Shown: one piece after another, positions 52,327 through 61,419 of the stretch
Numbering within the stretch: the first letter of the stretch is position 1
Layout: each line of letters opens with the position of its first letter
Source of the DNA: a virus
Taxonomy: Duplodnaviria; Caudoviricetes
Virus record (IMG/VR): IMGVR_UViG_3300010362_000016
Coordinates: 1-64,000 of that record
Strand: one strand, 5' to 3'
Length of the DNA stretch: 64,000 bases
The notes under the pieces: model-generated
Databases searched by the model: none
What the model was told of the DNA's origin: nothing
The model's input: only the letters and a program-made list of their open reading frames with translations
Position numbers and translations under genes: made by a program

Positions 52327-55300
52327 TTAAATTACGTTCACGATTAGTCCGCCGACTACGTAGATTGTTTTGGAACCGGCGACGAAGGTTCCGGTGATGT
52401 TGTTGCCATGGCTGTCCTGACCGGGCCAGCCCAGGGCATAGCCGTGAATTCCGAAGTGATGAGCGAGTACTTGGCCGTCGATTGTGACTGCCGGGCCGAT
52501 GTATCCGCTGGAGTCGATTTGGACGGTTCCGCCCACGCTCAGGCTGGCGCAGCCGATCTCCTGGGTTACACCCATGTGGATTCCGACAATCCATCCGTCT
52601 CCGATGAGTGATCCTGGGTTTACTGCTCCCCCGGCGATGACGTTGTTGGAGGCGTTCAGCAGGCCGCATGTGACCGAGCCAGCGGGTGAAGCTCCGTTGG
52701 TATTTACCGAGCCGCAAGTGACTCCGAAGCCGCCGATGTTCATGCCGGAACCGACAAACACTCCGTCGGAGTCGATGACGGTTTTGTTTCCCTTGGTGGT
52801 GCTTCCGCTCACCAGGATTGCGTTGGTTGACTGGAAGCTCGCCGCTCTCAAAGTTCCCACGCCCGTCAGGCTGAACCCGGCTCCGGCGATGTCGCTCGTC
52901 CAGGGAGTCTGGCCTCCCGAGATGGATTTCCCTTTCCAGGCCCCGGTCGAATCGATCACGGTTCCATAGCCCTTGATCTTCAGGGCGATGGCCTGGACCT
53001 CGGTAGCGCCGGGACCCTGGAGGCTCCCCGAGAGAGTGACGTTTCCGCTCTCGTCGGCCTGGAACAGGATCGTTGACGCCGGATAGGCGGAATCTCTTAA
53101 GGTGAGGGAAGGGTTGCCGCTCACGTTGCTTCCGGAGGTGATATGAACGGTTTGGGAACGCGAGCCCCCGGTGCCGGTGGGGCTGTACATCGCTAGCTCT
53201 CCCCAAAACGTCGAGGGTGAGTCGCTTCCTGTCGATTGACCGTTGAAGGTCACCAGCGAAACCAGCACAGGATAACCTTGGTTCTGGTGACCTCTCAGGA
53301 TCACTCCGCGACTGATATAAACCGCTCCGAACAAACTCTGGGAATTATCCACTTCGTAAACGGTGATGCCGGGAAATTGCCAGTTGGACATTCCCGCGCC
53401 GACCCACACGGAGTTGCCGAATTTCAGTTGATATTGGTTGTTCGCCGGGGTCCCGCTCTGGGCGGCGTAATCCACCTGGAATAAGTTCACGTTCCTGATC
53501 TGGAACTGGCTTCCTAGGGGATTAGTTGCATCAGGGGTTACCAGGACGTTCCAGTTGGATAAATTAGAGCCTCCGATGGCTAGCTGAGTGAACCATGCTC
53601 CGGAGGTAAGGCCACTCGGGGGAGTTGAACCTACACTGTCTCCTGGGGTTCCGCTGGAGACGTTGATCTTTGCGCCGATGCGGCCTTTTTCGATTCCATG
53701 GTCGTCGCGGATGGAAATATAAGGATAGGTTGAGTTGCCTGGAGGCGCGGCGGCGATCCCGCCGACCTGGATGATCCCGGAGCCGTCTACCCAGATCGGG
53801 GCGTCCAGGGGGCTCGTGCCGCCGATCCAGATCTGTCCGAACCACGCGCCCCAGAGGGGTTGGCTGCTGCCTTGACCGGGCTGCTGTTCGCCGATCCAGC
53901 CTCTCAGAACCCCGGAGGAATTTTTGACGGCGATTTGGCCGTTGTCACTGCCTCCGAAAGTATTGCCGGGGGCTCCTCCCACAACCAGGGTTTTGCCGAC
54001 CTGAACGATCTTCGCGGAGAAGGACTCAGCGGTGAACTTGTCCCCGACCCAGTCGAACTGGGTAGTGTCGAACCAGCCGTCCCGGGCCGGGATGACCTGC
54101 CCGCCGCTGGGGGTGTAGTTATAGGAGATGACCGGAGTGGTTCCTGGAACCAGGGAGTTCTTGTGGCCTTGAGGGTCGTCGCTCACCACGTAGAAATCCA
54201 CCGGCACGGTGGCTCCGATGTTCCCAAACGACGGCATCGTGGGAGTCTGAAACGACGTAGCGTTCAACGGAACCGACCAATACGTCGGCTTGGTGGGATC
54301 GTGGTTGACCACCATCGCGATCTGGGCCCCGCCGAATTTGTTGTCAGAAGGGTTGTGCCAAGTACCCACGTTGAAATTGACCATCCCCACGCCATCCGCA
54401 GAAACGGTTTCGTTGGCCGTCGCGTGGGCACCCGGGTCAATCGTCACCGAAGGTGCATACTCCAACCCGCCCCCCGCGCTTCCCGGCGTCGGAGGCCCCA
54501 CCGTCAACGTCACCGTGGGCGAATGAAACCCGGGTTGCCCATAATTTCCCGGAGTGTCCGCCAGCACTCCATTCACACTCACCGATATCGCCGCAATGGT
54601 CCACACCTCGGCAGTCCTGGGAATGTTCGATATTTCCAGGAAGAACCTATCCTCCTTGTTCGCCTGCTGCCCGCTCAACGTCTGTGGGAAAGGAGTCAGG
54701 GGAGCCGTTCCGGTGACCTTCACGAGATATAGATATACTCCGGCGTACCGGATCGAACCTTCATCAACCGTGGGTAAATCCCATGACAAGGTAGCTTCCT
54801 CGATGAAGGTTCCGTCGAGGAGCCAGACATATTTCTGGCCGGTGAGGGTGAATCCGGTGACATCAGGAGTTGAAGGGAGAGGCGGGACTACCGCGAGAGC
54901 ATAGGGAGTCACTCCTTCGACGAGGGAGTTGATGTGGGTTCCCAGGGGCTGGGAATCGTCCTCCGAGCAAAAATAACATCGGAACTGAGTTCCCAGCGGC
55001 CCTGGGGTATAAACCGGACTCTTATATCCGGAGGAGCTTTGAGCTACCGGAACATCCGTGCCGGTGTCGGTTCCCGGAAATATCGGATTCCCATCCGCGT
55101 CTTCGTTCACGAAGATGATCCGGCAACCGCCGAAGCGGTTCATTCCGGGAGGAACCGGAGTAGCCGGGTCGGGGGGATCGTAAAAGTATTGGAGATAGTA
55201 ATTCGGATCGGGCCGGTTGTAATCCGTGGTGACGGTGACGGAGACGTTGGTGACGAGGAAGGCGTATTCCTGGCCGCTCTCTCCCTGACCCCTTCCCAGG

Positions 55301-56277
55301 GGGATGTTGACTTTGATATTCGGGGTTGGGGCGGGGGTCGTGCTCGTGGCCCGGGTGAGGATAGGTTGGCTGAAGGGGCCGTAGGCCGCGAGATAGATCC
55401 GGACGTCGCGGGCTTTTTGGTAGGATTCGCCGTTGGACGAGCCCATGGTCGAATCGAGGAAAATTACCGCAGGTGATTTTACTGAGTCGTTGACGTAGAC
55501 CGGGGCCCACTCGCCGGAGACCTGGGAGGTTCCGTCGAGAGGCATGGAACCATCCATGGGCTCGTTGGCTCCGCTCGAAATATCCGGATCTTCCAAATAA
55601 ACTGCTACCCCGGCGAAGTTCTGCGGAGTCGCGGTGGAATCAGCAGTCCATTCAACGTCAACTTCGACTCTGTGGTCGCTTCTGAATATCACCTCGGCTG
55701 GGGGATTGATCACGACGGGAGGGGCTGGGACTCCTGCGACTCCGCCGCTTGCGGAAGTTCCTCCTCCCCCGCCGGTTGCCTGTATCCAAACATTGCTTCC
55801 CGCCGGAGCGTGGATGTGGAGGGTTCCGAGAGCGTCCGAGTTATCGAGGAGGATTCTGCTGGTCGAACCGTTCCTGAATGTATCGCCAAGGAAGCAGTTC
55901 ACCATCACATAGTTAGTGTCAGCGGTAGATTTGTAGATGTAGAAGTCCTGGTTGGGTACGGCGGAGATGGGGAGGAGGTTGAATGGAATATATCCTGGGA
56001 TGTTGACGACGGTGTCCTTGGCGTGGTTGACGGCGATGGTTGAGTCCCGCTCGACGGTGAGGGAGAGGGTTCCGCCGCCGGAGAGGACTTTCATCGGTTC
56101 GCCTTCGATGGAGATGACCTCGCCGTTCTGGATGCCTGCGTATCCGCCGGTTCCGTTCAAGTCAACGACGGTGTCGGAAGCTTGGAGGAGGGCGGAGAGG
56201 CTGTCCGTTGAAGGGGCGACGGTGGGATTTCCGGTGTCGATAGCGTAAGTACGGACGGACTTAAGCATTTGGGCCAT
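52327..56277 (-). CDS. Minor tail / receptor-binding protein (1316 aa)
   Basis: FN3/Ig-like beta-rich repeats; shares the QTPWTSDI module with the fibre. Confidence 0.8.
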   Translation of the reverse strand: MAQMLKSVRTYAIDTGNPTVAPSTDSLSALLQASDTVVDLNGTGGYAGIQNGEVISIEGEPMKVLSGGGTLSLTVERDSTIAVNHAKDTVVNIPGYIPFNLLPISAVPNQDFYIYKSTADTNYVMVNCFLGDTFRNGSTSRILLDNSDALGTLHIHAPAGSNVWIQATGGGGGTSASGGVAGVPAPPVVINPPAEVIFRSDHRVEVDVEWTADSTATPQNFAGVAVYLEDPDISSGANEPMDGSMPLDGTSQVSGEWAPVYVNDSVKSPAVIFLDSTMGSSNGESYQKARDVRIYLAAYGPFSQPILTRATSTTPAPTPNIKVNIPLGRGQGESGQEYAFLVTNVSVTVTTDYNRPDPNYYLQYFYDPPDPATPVPPGMNRFGGCRIIFVNEDADGNPIFPGTDTGTDVPVAQSSSGYKSPVYTPGPLGTQFRCYFCSEDDSQPLGTHINSLVEGVTPYALAVVPPLPSTPDVTGFTLTGQKYVWLLDGTFIEEATLSWDLPTVDEGSIRYAGVYLYLVKVTGTAPLTPFPQTLSGQQANKEDRFFLEISNIPRTAEVWTIAAISVSVNGVLADTPGNYGQPGFHSPTVTLTVGPPTPGSAGGGLEYAPSVTIDPGAHATANETVSADGVGMVNFNVGTWHNPSDNKFGGAQIAMVVNHDPTKPTYWSVPLNATSFQTPTMPSFGNIGATVPVDFYVVSDDPQGHKNSLVPGTTPVISYNYTPSGGQVIPARDGWFDTTQFDWVGDKFTAESFSAKIVQVGKTLVVGGAPGNTFGGSDNGQIAVKNSSGVLRGWIGEQQPGQGSSQPLWGAWFGQIWIGGTSPLDAPIWVDGSGIIQVGGIAAAPPGNSTYPYISIRDDHGIEKGRIGAKINVSSGTPGDSVGSTPPSGLTSGAWFTQLAIGGSNLSNWNVLVTPDATNPLGSQFQIRNVNLFQVDYAAQSGTPANNQYQLKFGNSVWVGAGMSNWQFPGITVYEVDNSQSLFGAVYISRGVILRGHQNQGYPVLVSLVTFNGQSTGSDSPSTFWGELAMYSPTGTGGSRSQTVHITSGSNVSGNPSLTLRDSAYPASTILFQADESGNVTLSGSLQGPGATEVQAIALKIKGYGTVIDSTGAWKGKSISGGQTPWTSDIAGAGFSLTGVGTLRAASFQSTNAILVSGSTTKGNKTVIDSDGVFVGSGMNIGGFGVTCGSVNTNGASPAGSVTCGLLNASNNVIAGGAVNPGSLIGDGWIVGIHMGVTQEIGCASLSVGGTVQIDSSGYIGPAVTIDGQVLAHHFGIHGYALGWPGQDSHGNNITGTFVAGSKTIYVVGGLIVNVI

Positions 56278-56312
56278 TGAATCAACCTCGGGTTATGTAT
56301 TAGTTGTTAGAG

Positions 56313-59300
56313 CTAAGTATTGATGTTGAGAGTTCCCCCCGCGCCCCAGATGTAGATTTCGCGGAAGGGGACCGATTCAATGGGGCCGATGACGGTTGAG
56401 GCTCCGTCGGGGGTGGTATAGCCTTCGACGTGGACGACCTGTTTGGAGTAGTTCTGGACGGGGATTTCGCCCAGGAATCGAACGGTTACATCGGCTGTGG
56501 AGTCGGGCGGCAGGACTACTCTAGGAGTCGCTTCGACCAGGATGATGACGCTCGTGGCGTCGGGGATCACTGTCCATGAAGGTGAGATGGTAACCTTCAC
56601 GTCGTCGTTATCAACCACCGTCACGGGCGGCTGGAAAGCTCCAGTGCCCCCGATCACCAGAGCTAAGTTGGATTGGTTTCCGTGTACCGTCAGTCCAGGA
56701 TTGTAAGCGCTGTTGAACGTCGGATCAGTATATGAGGTAAGGTCCGCCGTCATATCATAAGCCGTGGCGGATGATCTGGGATCTCTTCCGGTTCTAGCTG
56801 TAAATAGATCCCCGGCCTTCGGTGGATTTGGAACGGCGGAAGGGTCAGGCGTCACGGTGAAGTTCCCATCCACGTCGTTGGCGGTGCAGATGAAATCCTG
56901 AATTGGCACCGTCGTCCCGGTCGAGCCCTGAGGGTTGGCCAGCTTGGAGATGATTCTTCCGGCGAATTGATTAGCGGTGAGGGGGTTGGATGGAAGGACT
57001 CCGAAGGCCAGGGTGCCGTGACCGGCGGTTCCGAAGGTGGCGTCGGTGGTGGAGTCGATGGAGACCGGATCGATTGCGAGTTGCTGGGCCCAGGGGCCGG
57101 AGACTAGCTCCCAGCGGACTTTGAAGATGAGTGAGAGGCCTTCCGGCGGGAGTTGACCGTAGAGCCCGAGAACCGGCTGAAGGTCAGCGCCAGCGGAGCT
57201 TAGGTAATCCTGGAAGATCCCGAAGCCCTTCGCGGTGAACAAGGGATCTCCAGGCATGGGAGTTTCGTATTCGGGGGCCCAGATTTCGGGAGGGTTGATC
57301 ACCACCGGAGGAGCGGTTGCAGGAGAGCCCGTCATATTCGGCGGAACCCAATCGCTGGGAACTCCCCCAACATTGACGGATCTGATCCGGACATTGTAAC
57401 TCGAACCGACAGGTAAATTTTCGATGACGGCGGACGTCACGGTGGGGTCCATCTTAGCCAAGGAGAGCCACAGACCTTCAGGGCTTTGGACTTGCTGGTA
57501 TTCGATTTCGATGTGCCCGCCGTTCAGCACAAAAGCATCCTGGGGAGCATCCCAGGTCAGGTACATGTTCCCGTTCCGCGACGTCGCCACGAAGTTCGTT
57601 GGGGGAGCGGGCTTGTGCATGTCCGGCACGATGGCCTGCTGGTAACCCTGCGGGGATAGCTCCTCGCCGATGGACCACTGATAGTAGGAACTGTCCGCTT
57701 CCTGGATGTCGATCTCGCTCCACATCGCCGGGCCGGTTCCGGCTTGAGCCTCGATCCTCAACCGGGCCGCGAGCACTTCCAGGGTTTTTCCAGTCCAGCC
57801 GAACATCGGCAGGTCAACGGCTATGATATCCAGAGGCGCGAGCAAGTAACCCGAGAGATTCAACGCGAACGTTCCAGTCCCTTGACCCCTTCGTCTTTTC
57901 AACTCGATCTTGGCTAATCTCTGGGCTGTCGGACACGAAATCGTGAATGGAAATTGAACGTCGAGATATCTCCTGTCTCCCTGATCTTCGGTTAAGTTGG
58001 CGTCATAGAAATATTCCGGAGCGCCGTCGTTATAACCATGGAGTTCATCCTGGGCATAAGGCGGAAAGTCGGATGACTGCCAGTTGTTTACTTGGGCGAT
58101 GAAGGTTCCTTTGACGGCGTTGTATAGCTGATTGACGGGAACCTTGGGTCGCCATTGAATAGCCGAGACGGATCTGGAATAAATTTGGGTGCCAGTAATC
58201 GACGAGGAAATTCCAGCCCAGCCTGCCGGTTGGATGAAGTATTGTCCTCCGATGTAAGTCAACCTGCCCGCCATGGCGGTAAGGAGGTTCTGGAGGATCT
58301 CGGAGCGGTGGCTGGTGAGGAGGAAACCGCCGTTGCAGGTGTAGCGGGGTTCGGTTCCGCCCAGGGCTAGATTTACGGCCTCGTCGCATAGGTTGGCGGC
58401 GGTGATTAGTTCGGTGTTTGGGAGGTCGTTGCCGTAGTTGAGTTTGTAGCCGTAGACCTTGTCCGTCATGTAATCCGCGATGCAGAGGGCGGCATTGGTG
58501 GAGTAGCCGCTTGAGGCGGAGCGGGGATCATAAATATTGTTTTTGCCGGAGACGATGAAGGAGAACTGAGGGAGCCCCTGGGAGAAGATCTGGTCGTTGT
58601 AGTGGAGGCGGAGGTGGACCATGGTTTTGCCCGGAGCGGAACAGTTGAGGTTCCAGGGCTGGCCGGGGTTCTGGACAAGATCGGTGGGATTGGCGTCATA
58701 GGGCGTGCCGTTGATCATTCCGATGAAGGTCTCGCCCAGGTTTTGTTGTCCGTTGAGGATTTCGATGTAGATCTTGGATTTGTAGTCGGGGAAGCTGGTG
58801 CGGATGTTTCCGGAGTTATCGAGGGTAATTGAAGCAGGGATGGCCGGTCCGCCCGAGATGAAGGAGAGGATGAAGTTGGAGGAGGTGGTTTCGGTTGCGT
58901 AGATGGGCCAGCGGCCATTGACAAGGGCCGCGACGGGGTGGACTCCGGTGACGTCTACTTTATCCCCGACCTGGAGTTGGTAGAACTGCTGCGGCAACCC
59001 AAACCTGGGGAGGCTGATTTTCAGGATATTCTCCGTTCGTGTAATGTCGGAGGTGTGGGGGATGTCGAAGCCCGGATTGAAATCTCCGCCCAGGAGCATG
59101 GCGTCGGAGCCGAGAGTGGAAGTCCACCAGCCATGGGGAGTGTTGTGAACCGGACGGAGGAGCACACGGTCCTGGTTGAGCAACAGGGAATCGACGCTTT
59201 GGCAGGGATGACAGGCCAGGACGATGACTAGGTCGAGATATTTTTCGTTCTCGCCGAAGGTGTTGCAAAAGATCATCGTTCCGCCCACGCGGCCCTGGCC

Positions 59301-59513
59301 GTAGCGGACGTTCCACGGGGCGATGGGATTCCTGGAAGTAGTCTGGGTTCCGCTCAGGGGACCTTGAGCCAGGAGAGTCCCCACTCCGCTGAGCAGCAGG
59401 CCGCTCCCGGCGGAGATGAAGAACGCCCCGGCTGCGGGAGCCACCGGAAGCAGAACGACTCCGATAGCAACCGCAGCCACTCCGGTTACGGTTTGGATCA
59501 CGCCTCTAGACAT
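56313..59513 (-). CDS. Tail tip / host-specificity (J-like) protein
   Basis: YGQGRVGG, STNAALCIADY, A.NLCDE.V, RYTCNG, QRLAKI.L.R, FN3 domain. Confidence 0.88.
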   Translation of the reverse strand: MSRGVIQTVTGVAAVAIGVVLLPVAPAAGAFFISAGSGLLLSGVGTLLAQGPLSGTQTTSRNPIAPWNVRYGQGRVGGTMIFCNTFGENEKYLDLVIVLACHPCQSVDSLLLNQDRVLLRPVHNTPHGWWTSTLGSDAMLLGGDFNPGFDIPHTSDITRTENILKISLPRFGLPQQFYQLQVGDKVDVTGVHPVAALVNGRWPIYATETTSSNFILSFISGGPAIPASITLDNSGNIRTSFPDYKSKIYIEILNGQQNLGETFIGMINGTPYDANPTDLVQNPGQPWNLNCSAPGKTMVHLRLHYNDQIFSQGLPQFSFIVSGKNNIYDPRSASSGYSTNAALCIADYMTDKVYGYKLNYGNDLPNTELITAANLCDEAVNLALGGTEPRYTCNGGFLLTSHRSEILQNLLTAMAGRLTYIGGQYFIQPAGWAGISSSITGTQIYSRSVSAIQWRPKVPVNQLYNAVKGTFIAQVNNWQSSDFPPYAQDELHGYNDGAPEYFYDANLTEDQGDRRYLDVQFPFTISCPTAQRLAKIELKRRRGQGTGTFALNLSGYLLAPLDIIAVDLPMFGWTGKTLEVLAARLRIEAQAGTGPAMWSEIDIQEADSSYYQWSIGEELSPQGYQQAIVPDMHKPAPPTNFVATSRNGNMYLTWDAPQDAFVLNGGHIEIEYQQVQSPEGLWLSLAKMDPTVTSAVIENLPVGSSYNVRIRSVNVGGVPSDWVPPNMTGSPATAPPVVINPPEIWAPEYETPMPGDPLFTAKGFGIFQDYLSSAGADLQPVLGLYGQLPPEGLSLIFKVRWELVSGPWAQQLAIDPVSIDSTTDATFGTAGHGTLAFGVLPSNPLTANQFAGRIISKLANPQGSTGTTVPIQDFICTANDVDGNFTVTPDPSAVPNPPKAGDLFTARTGRDPRSSATAYDMTADLTSYTDPTFNSAYNPGLTVHGNQSNLALVIGGTGAFQPPVTVVDNDDVKVTISPSWTVIPDATSVIILVEATPRVVLPPDSTADVTVRFLGEIPVQNYSKQVVHVEGYTTPDGASTVIGPIESVPFREIYIWGAGGTLNINT

Positions 59514-59907
59514 GCCAGGACTTCAACACCCTCTCCCGGGGAACCCAGGTCAACCCTTCGTCGGTCGCCATGATAGCCCGACCGTCCAAGCCCAGGATTC
59601 CCAAACATGGATTCAGCGGAGGGTTACTCAGCAAAACCAAATCGCCCCGGTGAGCAAAGTTGGGTTCACACCCGAAGTCGGCTAACGCCGACTTCCCCAC
59701 GATCTCCTCGGGCGTCCCCAACGCCTTGGCTTCCTCCTCGGAGTGATAAGTCCCCCGATAAGTTTCGGCGAGATCCACGCCCGTCATGGCCTGAATGGCT
59801 CCCGCAGTAAATAATCCGCAGTCCCACGTCCCGAATTCGAAGGGACGCTTGAGGTTCTCCTGGAGGAAGGCGTCCAGGAGCCTATCCCAGTCAGCCAGAC
59901 GAGTCAT
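59506..59907 (-). CDS. NlpC/P60-like (DUF6950-type) tail assembly protein
   Basis: DWDRLL..F...PFEFGTWDCGLF...GD.VL. Confidence 0.82.
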   Translation of the reverse strand: MTRLADWDRLLDAFLQENLKRPFEFGTWDCGLFTAGAIQAMTGVDLAETYRGTYHSEEEAKALGTPEEIVGKSALADFGCEPNFAHRGDLVLLSNPPLNPCLGILGLDGRAIMATDEGLTWVPRERVLKSWHV

Positions 59908-59912
59908 TTTGA

Positions 59913-60494
59913 TCAGAGAGGAGGATTGGACGAGGGAACCTGCCCCCAGTAAATAGCCCGTTCCTGGATCGAGGTTACCCAATAAAAGGCTTGGTCGCCC
60001 GGGGCGACGAGTTGCGCGTCGTCCGTGGTGTACCGGCGGTCCACCAGGACGTTCATTTCGAGCAGCCGTGACTCACAATTCAACGTAATCGTCGCCGTGG
60101 CCCCGGAGACTTCAATGAGGGGTTGATCCGTTCGACCGGCCCACATCACGATGGGGTCGGGGATGAGAGTGGTTGTGTCATCAAAAAGGCCCAGGTAAAT
60201 AAACACAGGGAGTTCCTGAACCAGTTCCTGGAGCGCTCCCGCCAGGAGGTTAGAATCGATTCCGCTCAACGCCAAAGTAACGCCCCGGGCCTGGATGTCG
60301 GTCCCTTCCTCGACGGTCGAAACCGAGCCCAGGGAGCCCACTCCACGCCATGTTTGGCCGTTCCAGCTTAGATCCCCGAGCCCGCTCCACAGGTAGGATG
60401 GACCGTTAAGGAAATGTATTTCGACGAAGAGAGCCGGTCGGATAACCTGCGACTGGAAAGCCGCAGCCATGCCGGGGGTCATTTTACGGGGCAT
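59913..60494 (-). CDS. Minor tail (hub/GpL-like) protein
   Basis: RPALFVEI.F....YLWSG.GDL.W.G..W.G.G.LG motif of siphovirus/GTA tails. Confidence 0.8.
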   Translation of the reverse strand: MPRKMTPGMAAAFQSQVIRPALFVEIHFLNGPSYLWSGLGDLSWNGQTWRGVGSLGSVSTVEEGTDIQARGVTLALSGIDSNLLAGALQELVQELPVFIYLGLFDDTTTLIPDPIVMWAGRTDQPLIEVSGATATITLNCESRLLEMNVLVDRRYTTDDAQLVAPGDQAFYWVTSIQERAIYWGQVPSSNPPL

Positions 60495-60501
60495 TTTTAA
60501 A

Positions 60502-60906
60502 CTAGAGAACCTGCGCTACTTCAAACTGAAACCCAAAAAGCCGATGGTGAGTCAGCGACCATTTCCTCGCGGGGGTTTTCAACGCCCAATATAATCCACC
60601 CGAGATCGACGTCGGATTCAACATCCAGGGATAAGCCGCTACAAAGGCCGCTGAGAACTGAAAGCATCCCGTCTGGCCTTTCAGGTTCCGCAGGAAAGCC
60701 ACCCAGTTCTGGGCGTCCGCCGAAATCATGGGCGGCATCGTCACGCTGGCTTCCATCCACGTCGAATTCCAGTTCATTACTTGCTGCTGTCCAGTGAAAG
60801 GAGAGACAGTCATGGCGACCGGATCTACCTGGGTGAATTCGATGGACTCCGGGGCCGGAGGGTAAGCCGGAAGGATCACGATGGTTCTACCTAAGTAAGT
60901 CGCCAT
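60502..60906 (-). CDS. Distal tail protein-like
   Basis: SPFTGQQQV..W...W.A.VT.PP; position after the tape measure. Confidence 0.75.
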   Translation of the reverse strand: MATYLGRTIVILPAYPPAPESIEFTQVDPVAMTVSPFTGQQQVMNWNSTWMEASVTMPPMISADAQNWVAFLRNLKGQTGCFQFSAAFVAAYPWMLNPTSISGGLYWALKTPARKWSLTHHRLFGFQFEVAQVL

Positions 60907-61111
60907 GCCTGACTCCCCTTCGGGGAGTCAGGCCTTTGGAGCCCCACTCCTCGATGAACCATTGCCGCCCGAGATCTCTCAGTGTCCGATGACAAACCGG
61001 ACAGATTAACCTGGGAACGTCTGAACGGACGATCAGAACCGGCTGGCCGCAGCAGTAAGGGACGAGGTTCCTTACCTCGTCGAATTCGAGAACAGTTTCC
61101 TCAGTGGTCAT
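60887..61111 (-). CDS. Small Zn-binding protein
   Basis: YCCGQP...CPVC. Confidence 0.6.
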   Translation of the reverse strand: MTTEETVLEFDEVRNLVPYCCGQPVLIVRSDVPRLICPVCHRTLRDLGRQWFIEEWGSKGLTPRRGVRHGDLLR

Positions 61112-61416
61112 CTGGTCTTTCGTCTCTTGTCGATGTATCTGGGACTGTTTGGGTTAGTGGACGTCGGGCGTTTGGAGATGTGACATTCGCAGATACATCG
61201 GGTGGGGCAGTATCGACAGTAGTGGTCGCATTCTTTGTGTTTGTTGTGAATGCAGGCGCTGGACAGATAAATGTGTTCTTGTTGGAGGGCCTTGATTGTC
61301 GCGGGGCTGGGCTTTTTGGGTTGCTTGGGCATGGGAGTGGGTTTGGAGTGTTCGGTGAGGCTGATCTTGCCGGTCTTGCCTGGACCGGTTGGTACGCCAC
61401 GGCAATCCAGAATCAA
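61108..61416 (-). CDS. Small Cys/His-rich protein
   Basis: ACIHNKHKECDHYCRYCPTRCICECH. Confidence 0.62.
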   Translation of the reverse strand: MILDCRGVPTGPGKTGKISLTEHSKPTPMPKQPKKPSPATIKALQQEHIYLSSACIHNKHKECDHYCRYCPTRCICECHISKRPTSTNPNSPRYIDKRRKTR

Positions 61417-61419
61417 AGG

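Noticed and set aside
47151-59513. Diversity-generating retroelement or invertible tail-fibre switch
   Set aside because: No reverse transcriptase, no TR/VR pair differing at adenines, no invertase or inverted fibre cassette in the window
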